Source: Corallochytrium limacisporum Hawaii (taxonomy: Eukaryota; Protista; Pluriformea). Taken from it: a DNA stretch of 64,000 nucleotides. Positions 53,334 to 63,768 of the stretch are shown piece by piece. Position 1 is the first letter of the stretch. Every line of letters begins with the position of its first letter. A model generated the notes under the pieces. It was not told the DNA's origin and ran no database searches. It was given only the letters and a program-made list of their open reading frames with translations. Position numbers and translations under genes: made by a program. Location of the stretch: contig PDIP01000033.1 in assembly GCA_002811645.1 (NCBI GenBank), positions 62,001-126,000 of the forward strand. Reading direction: 5' to 3'.

Positions 53334-54383
53334 TTATGTGTACGGTACACGATATTCATATGGGGGAAGGACATGGAGATGTACCTTCGCATCCAGCAGG
53401 ACCAGTAGAATGTGCACTACAATGAGCATATCAATAATCCAAAAACCCTTTGAATTCCACGATCGAGTGAAAGATACAAAATGGTCAATTACCTGCGGCA
53501 AACTACGGCATTTCTTGGGATCTATGATGCTGTCAGTGCATTGGGAGTGGAAGTTGTGAGAGCGTTCCAGTTCATGAATAGCGGTAGCTAGGCTCTGTTC
53601 CAGCGCGTCTACCGCATCTTTAAACTGCTCTACATCAAGGGCAGGGCTTGTAATGTCCAATTCAGATAGCAATTCTTCCATTCTCTTGGGCATTATTTGG
53701 ATCAACAAAACGGATTCCTCAACGATCTCACATACTCTCTGCAAGCGAACGTCAATCTCAGGCCCCACACAATGGTGCTGCTTATCCATCTGCTCAACTG
53801 CTGCCAGCTGTGTCTCGAGGCTATCAATTGTATCCTGCAGAATTTGCTCCCGGGCTTTTGCTTTCCGACGATAAGCACAAAACTTGTCATGTAGGTCAGT
53901 AAGATCAGGGTGACATTCCCTCAGTACCTCGAGGTCAAGATCCACCTGTTCGCCATCATCCACCTGAGAACCCTCTCGGTCGTCCAGGTCAGATTCACGT
54001 AGTTCTTCTGCATCATCAATAAGATCGATGTCTCCCAGAGCAATGGCTGAGAATTCTACATCATCCTCATTCCTATTTCTTACCTTCGATGCTACAACTG
54101 TTTTCATAAGCCTGTCCATTCTCGAAAAGAATAGATCCTTATCAATGCCTTCCAACGTGGGGATTTCGAGAAGGCGTTCAAGGCCTGAGACCGTCACCCT
54201 AAGACCGAGATCACTTATGATTCTGATCAGTCCCTCGACCTCCTGCAATCCATCTTTTGTGTCCCCAAAACATAGATCAATGCAAGCCTTGACATCTTCA
54301 GGAATGAGTGCTGCAAAAACAGACTGCTCCTGATCTCGAAAACCGCTCTCACTTGTTGACCCTTGCTTCGCAATTCCGATCAT
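53334..54383 (-). CDS. Tail-anchored coiled-coil protein with a degenerate EF-hand pair; candidate KASH protein
   Basis: N-terminal helix-loop-helix pair ending GIDKDLFFSRM, acidic linker, coiled coils, one C-terminal transmembrane helix and a roughly 19-residue tail ending PPYEYRVPYT. The first ATG is at 54383. Confidence 0.6.
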   Translation of the reverse strand: MIGIAKQGSTSESGFRDQEQSVFAALIPEDVKACIDLCFGDTKDGLQEVEGLIRIISDLGLRVTVSGLERLLEIPTLEGIDKDLFFSRMDRLMKTVVASKVRNRNEDDVEFSAIALGDIDLIDDAEELRESDLDDREGSQVDDGEQVDLDLEVLRECHPDLTDLHDKFCAYRRKAKAREQILQDTIDSLETQLAAVEQMDKQHHCVGPEIDVRLQRVCEIVEESVLLIQIMPKRMEELLSELDITSPALDVEQFKDAVDALEQSLATAIHELERSHNFHSQCTDSIIDPKKCRSLPQVIDHFVSFTRSWNSKGFWIIDMLIVVHILLVLLDAKVHLHVLPPYEYRVPYT

Positions 54384-54523
54384 ATTGTACTGCACGAATA
54401 GAGATCAAGTTAAAATTTCTATCGCAAAACCCATATCACTTCCACCGATGCGGTGTGAACACTATGTCATTGTTTGGGCTCCACAAGTACCATCTCAATC
54501 ATCACACACCGAACCCACGTCCG

Positions 54524-54548
54524 GCGGGTCTCACTTTCGGAGACCCGC
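54524..54548. promoter_or_regulatory. Inverted pair of the GCGGGTCTC motif in the divergent promoter of the KASH-like gene and TSFM
   Basis: GCGGGTCTC-actttcg-GAGACCCGC. The same 9-mer recurs at 51705, 52124 and 58166. Confidence 0.55.
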
Positions 54549-54843
54549 TCGCACCAAACTATTCGCGCCCCGTCCATCCCTCTGTTTCTATAGCAAAAGT
54601 ACCGGCACGCCTGTTCCACTGCACATTCACTATGATGTACCCCTCGGACCAAAAATTTTCTCCCCCCTGTGGGCAAAGAATTTGGTCGCGTGGACCCCTG
54701 TCACTAGCAGTTCGCGGGCGGGTTCGCTTGCGAATGCGGGTTGTTTTGGGCGACCTATAAATTTTGATCATTTCTCCGACATAGACTAGATGTAAAGTGA
54801 TGCTGTCCTGTGCTATTCACAGAGAACATAGTGTCTTTCAATA

Positions 54844-55782
54844 ATGATCGGGGGTTTGACGATCGCCACACGTCGGACGGGTGTGCTCGGACTGCGCTAC
54901 CTGCACACTTCGCGGGTGATGCAGCAGAAGCTGGACCTGAAGATGGTACAGAAGTTGAAGAAAACCACCGGACTTGGCCTGGACAAATGCAAAAAGGCCG
55001 TAGAGGCAGCTGAGAACGACTGGGACCGTGCCATCCAGTGGGTACGGGACAATGCCAAGACCTTAGGGATGACAAAAGCCGCGAAGCTGGATGGTCGAGC
55101 TGCAGACCAGGGTCTGATCGCTGCGTTTGTGAACAAAGACTCGGGGGCCGGAGTATTGGTCGAGGTAAACTCGGAAACTGACTTTGTGGCCAAGAATGAG
55201 CGCTTCCAAGAGTTTGTATCTGAACTGGGACAGACAATCTTGGGCAGCGGCACCGTGCAGTCCGGAACGAACGAAGTAGGAACCCTAGACATTGAGGGCG
55301 AGATCGTGAAGTCACTTCGTATGAACAACGGAAAGATTGTGAACGACCAGTTCTTGGAACTCGTTGGTATTATTGGCGAGAATTTGCAGGTGGGTCGCAC
55401 TACTGGTGTCTTTGGACCTCCTGGCATCGTCTATGGAGTCTACGTGCACAATCCGGTCGACTCTGCCGCGACAATGGGACAGATGGCCGGCATTGTGGGC
55501 CTGTCCGTCGCCAGTAGTAAACAAGACGCTCCAGAGGTTGTTGACCTCGCCCGCAAGCTTGCCCAGCAGGTTGTTGGCCTGAAACCCATGGTTCTGCACA
55601 AGGAGGATGCCAAAGCCAAGACCGAAGCCGGAACTCCTGTCAGCGGCGAAGACATCTTCCTTGAACAGGAATACTTGTTCGACCCTAGTAAGACTGTGGC
55701 TGCAATTGTGGAGGAGCAGTCCAAGCACCTGGGCACTGAAATCGTGGTGAAGAACTTTGCGCACCTGGCCGTGGGACAGTAG
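54844..55782 (+). CDS. TSFM: Mitochondrial elongation factor Ts
   Basis: VQKLKKTTG.GL..CKKA UBA-like domain, EVNSETDFVAKNE, IGEN and YVH, with an N-terminal presequence. Confidence 0.95.
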   Translation: MIGGLTIATRRTGVLGLRYLHTSRVMQQKLDLKMVQKLKKTTGLGLDKCKKAVEAAENDWDRAIQWVRDNAKTLGMTKAAKLDGRAADQGLIAAFVNKDSGAGVLVEVNSETDFVAKNERFQEFVSELGQTILGSGTVQSGTNEVGTLDIEGEIVKSLRMNNGKIVNDQFLELVGIIGENLQVGRTTGVFGPPGIVYGVYVHNPVDSAATMGQMAGIVGLSVASSKQDAPEVVDLARKLAQQVVGLKPMVLHKEDAKAKTEAGTPVSGEDIFLEQEYLFDPSKTVAAIVEEQSKHLGTEIVVKNFAHLAVGQ

Positions 55783-55926
55783 AATGCAACGGTATTTGTT
55801 ACTTGCACACATCATGTCCGGTTCTAGAAATACATTGTACAATGAATGACGCCACTATATAACAGTATTGCACTTGTTGGGGCTTACAGGTTTACCTTGT
55901 GAGGTTGTAATCATGACTACTTGCTT

Positions 55927-57699
55927 TCACGTCCGCACAAATTGCCGACCATCGGCGGACTTGCGCTGGAAATCCCGCTGCTTCTTGATGGCCTCACCCT
56001 TACCGCTATCTTTGGAGTTCTTTTGGTAACCGGCACCGTATCCACCACCACCGCCGCGCTTGGTGACCTTGCCACCGCTGCTAAAGACATTTAGATTCAC
56101 ACTCGGTGGCGTAGAGAAGCCGAAGCACTTTGCTAGGCGTTGCAGGTCCAGAGTGTTGACATTGAAAATGTTCTTGTGACTATGGCTGGCGTAGCTCTGC
56201 AGATAGCTGCGGTACGCATCGCGTGCACTGCGATGGAGATAGTAGTTTTTTGCGACGAGCTTCTCAAGCTGAGCCTGCACGTTGGCAATCTTCTTCTGCG
56301 GGAATTCGTATTCGTTCAGAGGCACTTTGGCGTGCTTCAGATACCGCAGGAAGGCGAGCTCCTCGGGCATGAGGAACAGCAGAGCGCGACCCTGGCGGTT
56401 CATTCCACGCGCGGTACGACCAACGCGGTGAATGTACTCCTTAGGATCATCCGGAGGATCGTACTGCACAATCCAATCAACCGCAGGAATGTCCAGACCA
56501 CGAGCAGCCACGTCAGTGCAGAGAAGGATGCCCCGGTCGGCGTTGCAGAACTCAAAGAATGTAGTGGTCCGCTTCTGTTGCTTCTGTTTTCCGTGAATGT
56601 CCAACACCGGAATGTCTATGTAATTCAATAGCTCCCCGTGAAATTTGACACTGTTGCAGCTGCTCATAAAGACCATAACCTTCTTCTTCATGTTCTTCTT
56701 CAAAAATGTGTATAGTAGCAGGAACCGATTCTCGCTCGGACACACCACATAGCCCTGTTCAATACCCTCAGCAGTGCTAACCTCGTTCACGCCGGCTTCA
56801 ATGTAAAGGGGACTCTTCTTCAGAGAGATACGAGCTAGATCTTCCGTCTTGCGTGTTTGTGTTGCAGAGAACAGTAGTGTCTGGCGTTCTTTGGGTAGTA
56901 GACGGACAATCTGCTTCATTTCCTCCTCAAAACCAATTTCTAGACAACGATCTGCCTCATCAATTACCAGACAGCGCAGATTCCGGTAGATGAAACCCTT
57001 GGTGTTCTGCAGATGATCCAGCAGACGGCCTGGAGTAGCAATCAGAATATTTACACCCCGTATCAGCTTGTCCGCCTCATTTTTACGGTTAGCCCCGCCG
57101 ATAACAATACCAAAGGTCTGCGTGTGATGCTGCAGCAAGTCCCGCGCCACACCGAAAATCTGGAGAGCCAGCTCACGAGTCGGAGTGATGATAATGGCTC
57201 CGGTTCCGTTTCGCGGGGCAAACTTAAGCTTATACAAAAGTTCTATGACCGGGATCATAAATGCAATGGTCTTACCACTGCCTGTCTTGGCCTGGCCGCT
57301 AATGTCCTGGCTCTCAAGAGCCGGAGGAATCGCACGGGCTTGCACTTCTGTCATGGTTGAGAACCCCATATCCTTAATGCCCGACAGGGTCTTTTCGGAG
57401 ACAATGCCTTCGAGGGAGGTAAAGGGCACATTTTTGAATGCCTCACTATCGTCGTCTCCAGCATATCCATTCGTAGTGCCGTTCTGTGCCGTAGCAGTTG
57501 TGTCTTCTTCGCTCTGCTTCTTTTCCTTCTTGTCCTTCTTGTCCTTCTTGGATTTCTTGGAGGTCTTCTGATCCACACCGTTGCTACCCTGTTCTTCCTC
57601 CTGTTCCATTTTACGTTTCTTCTGGGAAATCTTTTCTACAGGAGCAGCCTCTTCAGAGGTGTCGCCCATGTTGATCTTCTTTGACTTCTTCTTTGCCAT
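55927..57699 (-). CDS. DDX18: ATP-dependent RNA helicase DDX18/Has1
   Basis: [61 protein letters not shown] and KNYYL. Confidence 0.97.
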   Translation of the reverse strand: MAKKKSKKINMGDTSEEAAPVEKISQKKRKMEQEEEQGSNGVDQKTSKKSKKDKKDKKEKKQSEEDTTATAQNGTTNGYAGDDDSEAFKNVPFTSLEGIVSEKTLSGIKDMGFSTMTEVQARAIPPALESQDISGQAKTGSGKTIAFMIPVIELLYKLKFAPRNGTGAIIITPTRELALQIFGVARDLLQHHTQTFGIVIGGANRKNEADKLIRGVNILIATPGRLLDHLQNTKGFIYRNLRCLVIDEADRCLEIGFEEEMKQIVRLLPKERQTLLFSATQTRKTEDLARISLKKSPLYIEAGVNEVSTAEGIEQGYVVCPSENRFLLLYTFLKKNMKKKVMVFMSSCNSVKFHGELLNYIDIPVLDIHGKQKQQKRTTTFFEFCNADRGILLCTDVAARGLDIPAVDWIVQYDPPDDPKEYIHRVGRTARGMNRQGRALLFLMPEELAFLRYLKHAKVPLNEYEFPQKKIANVQAQLEKLVAKNYYLHRSARDAYRSYLQSYASHSHKNIFNVNTLDLQRLAKCFGFSTPPSVNLNVFSSGGKVTKRGGGGGYGAGYQKNSKDSGKGEAIKKQRDFQRKSADGRQFVRT

Positions 57700-59090
57700 G
57701 CTGAAGGTTTAAAAAACGAACTACAGTGTTGGTTGACACACCAAGAGGCTCATTCATTCTATCCCTAGTGTACCATTAATAGCTTTGGAATTCGAAACAG
57801 ATGGAATAATGATCAAAACACATAACAGGGATCTAATAAATGGAAAATCAAAAACAGAAAAGAAGACAAGTCAGTTCATGCAATAGTAGGCCCGCACCTT
57901 GTCACCCATCCGCGTGTCGGTGGGTGCCACCCCCCCTCCTCAAAGCCCACACCACACTCCCCTATACTCACATTACCAGGTCCCTGCACGCTCTCACACA
58001 CTCCCGCTCCCCGGGCACACACTCAATCTTCCGGGCCCCCCTTCCGCGCTTCAGTGTCTGCACGCACGCAGTCCCTTCGCTTCCCTCACGCAGAAGAGAC
58101 CGCGCGGGGGGGGGGGTTGGGTGCTCAAGTTCTCGCGTCCACACGAGGAAAGTCGAGGATAAAAAGCGGGTCTCTATATAGACTGATAACCTAATAATCA
58201 TTAATTCAATTTGAACGGGTGTGGGGTACACAGTTTACATGGAGAGAAGTCGCAGCTCACAAGGGGAGGAGGGGGGGGGGGAATGGCCGTGGTTTCTCGG
58301 TACTTTCACTACTGCAGGAATATCACACACCCAATATTGGGGTTGAGCTGGTATGGTCATGGGCACCTTTAACGAGGACCACAGAAGCCAGCACGATCCC
58401 ATTCCATTTTGTTGTATGTTCTCCGAGTCCTAGCATGCTGACGCAAAACCTCCAGTGAGTCATTTGTCCGATGGTAATACTGACATCGACGAGTTCCGGC
58501 CTTCGTCTTGCGTAGTCAAAGGGTTCGGATGAGCAAAAGTGCAGTCAAAACAAATCGACTGCAGTGGCCTGCTCCCCACTTTCGATATAACACCCCGTGA
58601 AGAGGGTACTCGCCCGCTAAAGTGACAAATGGCCCCAAAACAAAAGGGAGGGGGTTCGGAGTGAGACAAGTTCCTGGGCACGCGAACGGGCTTGAGAGTT
58701 GGTCCGCTGTTTTTAGCATACGATACGAGAGTACGCAAGCTCAGAGCACACACAGTATTTCCCTTTGTATGCTCTTTTCGGGAGTTGTAATGTGGTGCTG
58801 CTGTGCAATGCAATAGTCACCAGCGATGGAACCACACCTGGGGCAAGCGCATCAGCAGGCGATCATCTGGTTTGTATGAATTGGGGCGGCTACCGGTCAT
58901 TATTATGAAAGTTGGTAGCTGTTCTTAACCTCAAAGATATTGTTTTGGGGTAATTCTATGCGCGTGTTGCAAGGATGTCATCCGAAACGTATTTGTGATC
59001 GTCAAAATAGCTGCACCGAGAAGACTTCGACATATAATCTGCATTGTCAGCCGTGTGGCTGCTGGAATCTAAAACTTCGAGAGCAAGAAG

Positions 59091-61505
59091 ATGTCGCGAC
59101 CAGCACTTCGACCCGGAAAAGTTGGAGTGCTTTTCCCTGGTTTAGTCCGGGCCTGCGTGTGGGGTGCGAATACGGATGTGGGCAAGACCATCGTCAGCGC
59201 AGGTCTTATGCGCTCTGCAGTGCAGGATCACGGTGCCGTCGGTCGCTTTGTGAAGCCTTGCCAGACCGGCTACCCCACCGACAGTGATGCTCGTCTTGTC
59301 GGAAGAATAAGTGGTTTGCGCAGTGCGGACATTGCGTCAGAGTCTGCAGGAGCGACTGGAGCCATTGGGGAGGCGGCAACGTTCTGGGCCTACCGTGACG
59401 CCATCGCACCGCATCGCGCTGCAGTGGACGAGGATCGAGTGCCTAGTACTGAAGAAATTGTCGCTGCATGCCAGAAGGATTTTGGGCTATTCAGCGAACA
59501 GGCCAAGACTGATGCTGCGCAAAAGTCAGGTCAGATTCGTGCGTTTTACCTATCAGAGACGGCTGGAGGACCATTGAGTCCAGGCCCGCAAGGGTTTGCT
59601 TACGCACACGCCCAAGCACAGGCTGATCTCTATCGCAGTCTACGCCTGCCCGGTGTTCTTGTCGGCGATCCGAAGCTTGGTGGCATCTCCGTGACTCTTA
59701 GCGCTTATGAAGCGCTCCGATTGCGCGGTTACGACGTGCCAGCTGTGGTGCTAAGCGAAGACCCCCAGTGGGGCAACCAGAGCGCTGTGGAACGGGGCGT
59801 GGATGCAAAGGACACCCGGGTCTTTGTAATTCCATCACTTCCGCAGAAACAGAGTGACCCGGCGGCGGACGCGGCGCTACTGGAGGAGTACTACTCTCGC
59901 AGCTCGGATGCCTTCGGGGAGATTTTGTCGCATTTGGGTCAGGTGGAGGCAGAGCATCAGAACTACGTACGATCTATGGAACAACGCGCGCGTGACTGCG
60001 TATGGTGGCCGTTTACGCAGCACCAGACAGTCCAGGATGTGGCACTAATTGATGGTGCCTACGGAGACAATTTTGAGATCACCAAGGTTGAAAATGGCAG
60101 CGACGAGATCGCCATGAGCAACTGGTTTGATGGCTGCGGTTCGTGGTGGACGCAGGGAATCGGTCATGGCAACAGTTTCATGTCGAAGCGACTCGCCTAC
60201 ACCCTTGGACGGTACGGACATGTAATGTTTCCAGAGAATGTGTACGCGCCTGCCCTTGATCTGACTGAGCGCCTGCTGGGCACTGTAGGCAGAGGCTGGG
60301 CGAACCGTGTTTACCTCAGCGACAACGGATCTACCGCAATCGAAGTCGGCATCAAAATGGCTATCCGTCGACGCATCCAGGATGAGGGACTGACAATGGA
60401 TGAGCTACGGCAGCAGAAGCCGTACTCAGTGGTGGGTGTGGTGGACAGCTACCATGGTGACACAATCGGTGCAATGGACGCCGCTAGCCCGAACGTGTTT
60501 AATGCAAACGAGAACTGGTACATGGGCAAGGGACTGTGGTTTGACGCTCCGCAGGTCGGACTCAAGGACGGCGAGTGGCGCGTTTTCCAGAATGAAGAGA
60601 TGGTGGCATCCATTAGCGAGCAAAGGGATGCTGTCTTTGATAGCACCGCCCGCAGTGCGGACCTTGAAAAGTACAGATCTGTTGTCAGCAAGCGTCTGAC
60701 CAGTGCCGAGGAGCAGGGTATCAAGCTGGGTGCTTTGTTGATTGAGCCCGTCGTGCACGGTGCCGGTGGAATGAACATGATCGATCCAATGTTCCAGAAA
60801 GCTATGATCCAGGAAGCACGTCATCGGTCCATCCCCGTCGTATTTGACGAAGTTTTTGTTGGCTGGCACCGACTGGGACCGCGGAGCACTATGACTTTGC
60901 TAGGAGAGGCACCAGACATTGCTGCGTATGCCAAGCTTCTTACCGGTGGTGTCATGCCCTTTGCCGTCACATTGGCATCGGAGCGGGTCTTTGAGAGCTT
61001 CCTCAGCGATAATAAGGCGGACTGTCTGTTGCACGGCCATTCGTACGCCGGCCATGCTGTCGGATGTCAGGCGTCTATTTCGACTATGGATCTCTACGAT
61101 AGTCTGCCCCAGCGTGAGGTTAGCATTCCCGCACTGAATATTACGGGCCAGACTGAGGCTAAGGAGCACCGTGACATTGTACTTGATGACGTCTTTGCCG
61201 AAGAACTGAAGCGGGAGATCTCACATCTCCCGAACGTGGCAAAGGTCAGCGGCTTGGGCACCATCTGTGCTATAACGCTGAAAACTGAGGGTGCTGGAGG
61301 CTATGCAGCCGGTCTTAATGCATCCAAATCGGTAATCAAGCAGTTGAAGCACGGCAGCTCCGTATTCGCGCGTCCCCTGGGCAATGTTGTCTATTTGATG
61401 GTCATGCCGACCACTCCAGCTGTTGTCGCGAACGACCTCCTGGGAGAGATCCGCACAATCCTGAAGGATCAGGCTGCTGGTGCCACCCAGTTTGCTGCAA
61501 AATGA
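59091..61505 (+). CDS. bioDA: Bifunctional dethiobiotin synthetase / 7,8-diaminopelargonate aminotransferase (BioD-BioA fusion)
   Basis: BioD motifs GANTDVGKT, KPCQTG, ETAGG..SP and LGGISVT; BioA motifs WWPFTQH, SWWT, YHGDT, EP..GAGGM, FDEVF, AKLLTGG (PLP Lys), HGHSY and RPLGNVVY. Confidence 0.96.
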   Translation: MSRPALRPGKVGVLFPGLVRACVWGANTDVGKTIVSAGLMRSAVQDHGAVGRFVKPCQTGYPTDSDARLVGRISGLRSADIASESAGATGAIGEAATFWAYRDAIAPHRAAVDEDRVPSTEEIVAACQKDFGLFSEQAKTDAAQKSGQIRAFYLSETAGGPLSPGPQGFAYAHAQAQADLYRSLRLPGVLVGDPKLGGISVTLSAYEALRLRGYDVPAVVLSEDPQWGNQSAVERGVDAKDTRVFVIPSLPQKQSDPAADAALLEEYYSRSSDAFGEILSHLGQVEAEHQNYVRSMEQRARDCVWWPFTQHQTVQDVALIDGAYGDNFEITKVENGSDEIAMSNWFDGCGSWWTQGIGHGNSFMSKRLAYTLGRYGHVMFPENVYAPALDLTERLLGTVGRGWANRVYLSDNGSTAIEVGIKMAIRRRIQDEGLTMDELRQQKPYSVVGVVDSYHGDTIGAMDAASPNVFNANENWYMGKGLWFDAPQVGLKDGEWRVFQNEEMVASISEQRDAVFDSTARSADLEKYRSVVSKRLTSAEEQGIKLGALLIEPVVHGAGGMNMIDPMFQKAMIQEARHRSIPVVFDEVFVGWHRLGPRSTMTLLGEAPDIAAYAKLLTGGVMPFAVTLASERVFESFLSDNKADCLLHGHSYAGHAVGCQASISTMDLYDSLPQREVSIPALNITGQTEAKEHRDIVLDDVFAEELKREISHLPNVAKVSGLGTICAITLKTEGAGGYAAGLNASKSVIKQLKHGSSVFARPLGNVVYLMVMPTTPAVVANDLLGEIRTILKDQAAGATQFAAK

Positions 61506-62057
61506 GAACCTATCCCCGCCATTCTGTTGATTTACAATAAAAACCACTATGATACTACAATTCGCACGGCATCTTGCTGTCCGTCCGAACGCATCCCCGT
61601 GACCCGGGAGACCCCCCCCTCAGGTCAGACCCCGCCCAGCCACTTTGCTGCTCTGTCGCGTAGGCTCTGACCAGCTGCAGGCTGCCACTCTTGGTAGGGA
61701 AAATTATAGCGCTCCGAAACGAACATCAGGAAACGCCCCCCCCCCCTCTCTTGGAAGGAGATGGGGGCCTCATTTTCACCACCTTCCCGCGTCCCTCCCT
61801 AAGTCCAATTCCTTCCCGAAGCGTCAGGTCAAAATAGGTGAGGCGCGAACCGCGGTCACAGGGTGTGCCAGCCAGTCCCCGCCAGATCCTAACCATTTTT
61901 GTTGGCGGCACAATGGTACATCAGACGAGCTATACCAGTGTGCAAAAAGCTTCTGATATTTTCTGCACATTCGTTGACAGAATCTAGCGTTGAAACTGCA
62001 GATTCCACAGATAGAAGGATGCCAGTCACGGATAGAAGCTCTGAGGCGGCGGCTAGG

Positions 62058-63665
62058 ATGGACTCCAAGCGCAAAATCACCCAGGATACCTTTGACCAAG
62101 TCGTCAAGGAGAACGTCGATGATTTTGACATGTCTATTGATGAGGCCATTAAGGATGCTGTTGGCCAATTCGAGGCCCAAGGAGTAGACCTCGGAGACGT
62201 GATCACTGAAAACTTGAAGTACAGCGGTGCTGGCAGTGCAGAAGGAGGCGACAGTGTTCCTCCTCCCGTTGCTGAGGCGAACAAAGTCAAGGCCCTGCTC
62301 AAGGACGAAGGAGATCCGGTGACTGTACTTACCTCTGCCAGAGATGTCTTGGTGAATGAGAAGAAGTCCGCGGGTAAGACTGCCTTTGTAGCAGCTGGCG
62401 GGCTGGGGGACAGTCTTGCGCTTGCGAAGACATACTTTGCCACTGGCAACTACGCTATGGTCGACTTGGCCCTGCAGACGGCACGGGCAGCCATGCCGGG
62501 ATGTCGCCAGGCTAAGATGGCACTTACACGGGAAGAATGTGAGTTTTTAGTGGACATTGTCAAGGCCAGGATCCCGGTGGTCACGACAGGAGCAATACCA
62601 GCGGGATCACTCTCAACTGCCCGTAAGAGCAGCTGGTACACCATGCGCAGCGCAACCGCGAAGTGTGAGAGGAACCGTGGCCGTTTCATGGCCCTGGAGG
62701 CGTGGAAGTTAGCATTGGAGAATCTTCAACTTTGCAGTGAGGCTGGGTATGGCAACAAGGCCGCAGGAGCCGGCTTCGATCCGACTCAGGGCTCCCCAGA
62801 CGACCGCGCCGCTGAAGTGCGTGGCATCCTCAGTTTTATCCGGGCTAGCACCATCGACGATGATGACGAAGCGGCAGTCAGCATGGCCTCTGATTACATT
62901 CGACACTACATGGAACATGGCTTCAAAGATATTGCCCTGAACATGGTGAACGACCTGCGCCCAACGGAGCTGGGCCAGCAGCCGGAACGTATGGACTTGA
63001 TCGCAGACTTGATCAGTACATTTTCCAAAATCAGTGTCAGTACTCAACTGCTAACCGATCCTGAAGGCACTACGGAACACATTCTTACACTGGTTCAGGA
63101 ATTCTCTGCTGTGGAAGAGGCAGATTCTCAAGGGTTAGATGAGGTTCTGGCCGCCGCTATGTCTTTCCTGCGCCTCATCGGCGCGGCAGACGAGTGCAAG
63201 CGACTGCTGATCAGCAGAAACTTCCATAGCACTGTTCTCAGTTTGCTGCAGAGGTATGGTAGGGACAGTAAAGAGATCGCAGAGCAAGGGTTGGGCACCT
63301 TGTCAACGATGACTCTACGCCAGCAAGAGTTCAGCCGTAGCTTTGTGCAGATTGACGCAGGCCATCGGGAGGTCATCAACATAATGCGAGTTCACAAAGA
63401 GAATGGCAGTGTTGCACGCCAAGGGTGCTACATTCTACGCAATGTGAGCGTGCGTAACCAGCAAAATGTGGTCTCCCTGAGAGAATGTGGCGCGGAGGCA
63501 ATTGTCCAAGAGATCCGGTCCAAGCACCAGCGCTGCGATGATGCCGCAAAGGCTGCCCTGCGGGACATGGGCTGTAAGGTGGAACTCAAAGAAGAATGGA
63601 CTGGTGTACCCGAGCATCTGCGTGGTAAGGAGAACCTGGACGATTTGGACAACGCTGTTTTGTAA
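62058..63665 (+). CDS. ARMC6: Armadillo repeat-containing protein 6
   Basis: ITQDTFDQVVKENVDDFDM...EAIKDAVGQFEAQGVDL, TIDDD and AKAALRDMGCKVELKEEWTG. An alternative in-frame ATG lies at 62019. Confidence 0.9.
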   Translation: MDSKRKITQDTFDQVVKENVDDFDMSIDEAIKDAVGQFEAQGVDLGDVITENLKYSGAGSAEGGDSVPPPVAEANKVKALLKDEGDPVTVLTSARDVLVNEKKSAGKTAFVAAGGLGDSLALAKTYFATGNYAMVDLALQTARAAMPGCRQAKMALTREECEFLVDIVKARIPVVTTGAIPAGSLSTARKSSWYTMRSATAKCERNRGRFMALEAWKLALENLQLCSEAGYGNKAAGAGFDPTQGSPDDRAAEVRGILSFIRASTIDDDDEAAVSMASDYIRHYMEHGFKDIALNMVNDLRPTELGQQPERMDLIADLISTFSKISVSTQLLTDPEGTTEHILTLVQEFSAVEEADSQGLDEVLAAAMSFLRLIGAADECKRLLISRNFHSTVLSLLQRYGRDSKEIAEQGLGTLSTMTLRQQEFSRSFVQIDAGHREVINIMRVHKENGSVARQGCYILRNVSVRNQQNVVSLRECGAEAIVQEIRSKHQRCDDAAKAALRDMGCKVELKEEWTGVPEHLRGKENLDDLDNAVL

Positions 63666-63768
63666 AAGATGAACAATCAAACAGAAATTTTGAGAGAATT
63701 GGGCACAACGGCAATGTTATTACGTCAGATCTGTATAGTACATCAAGTGTATATCAACTAAACGCATT

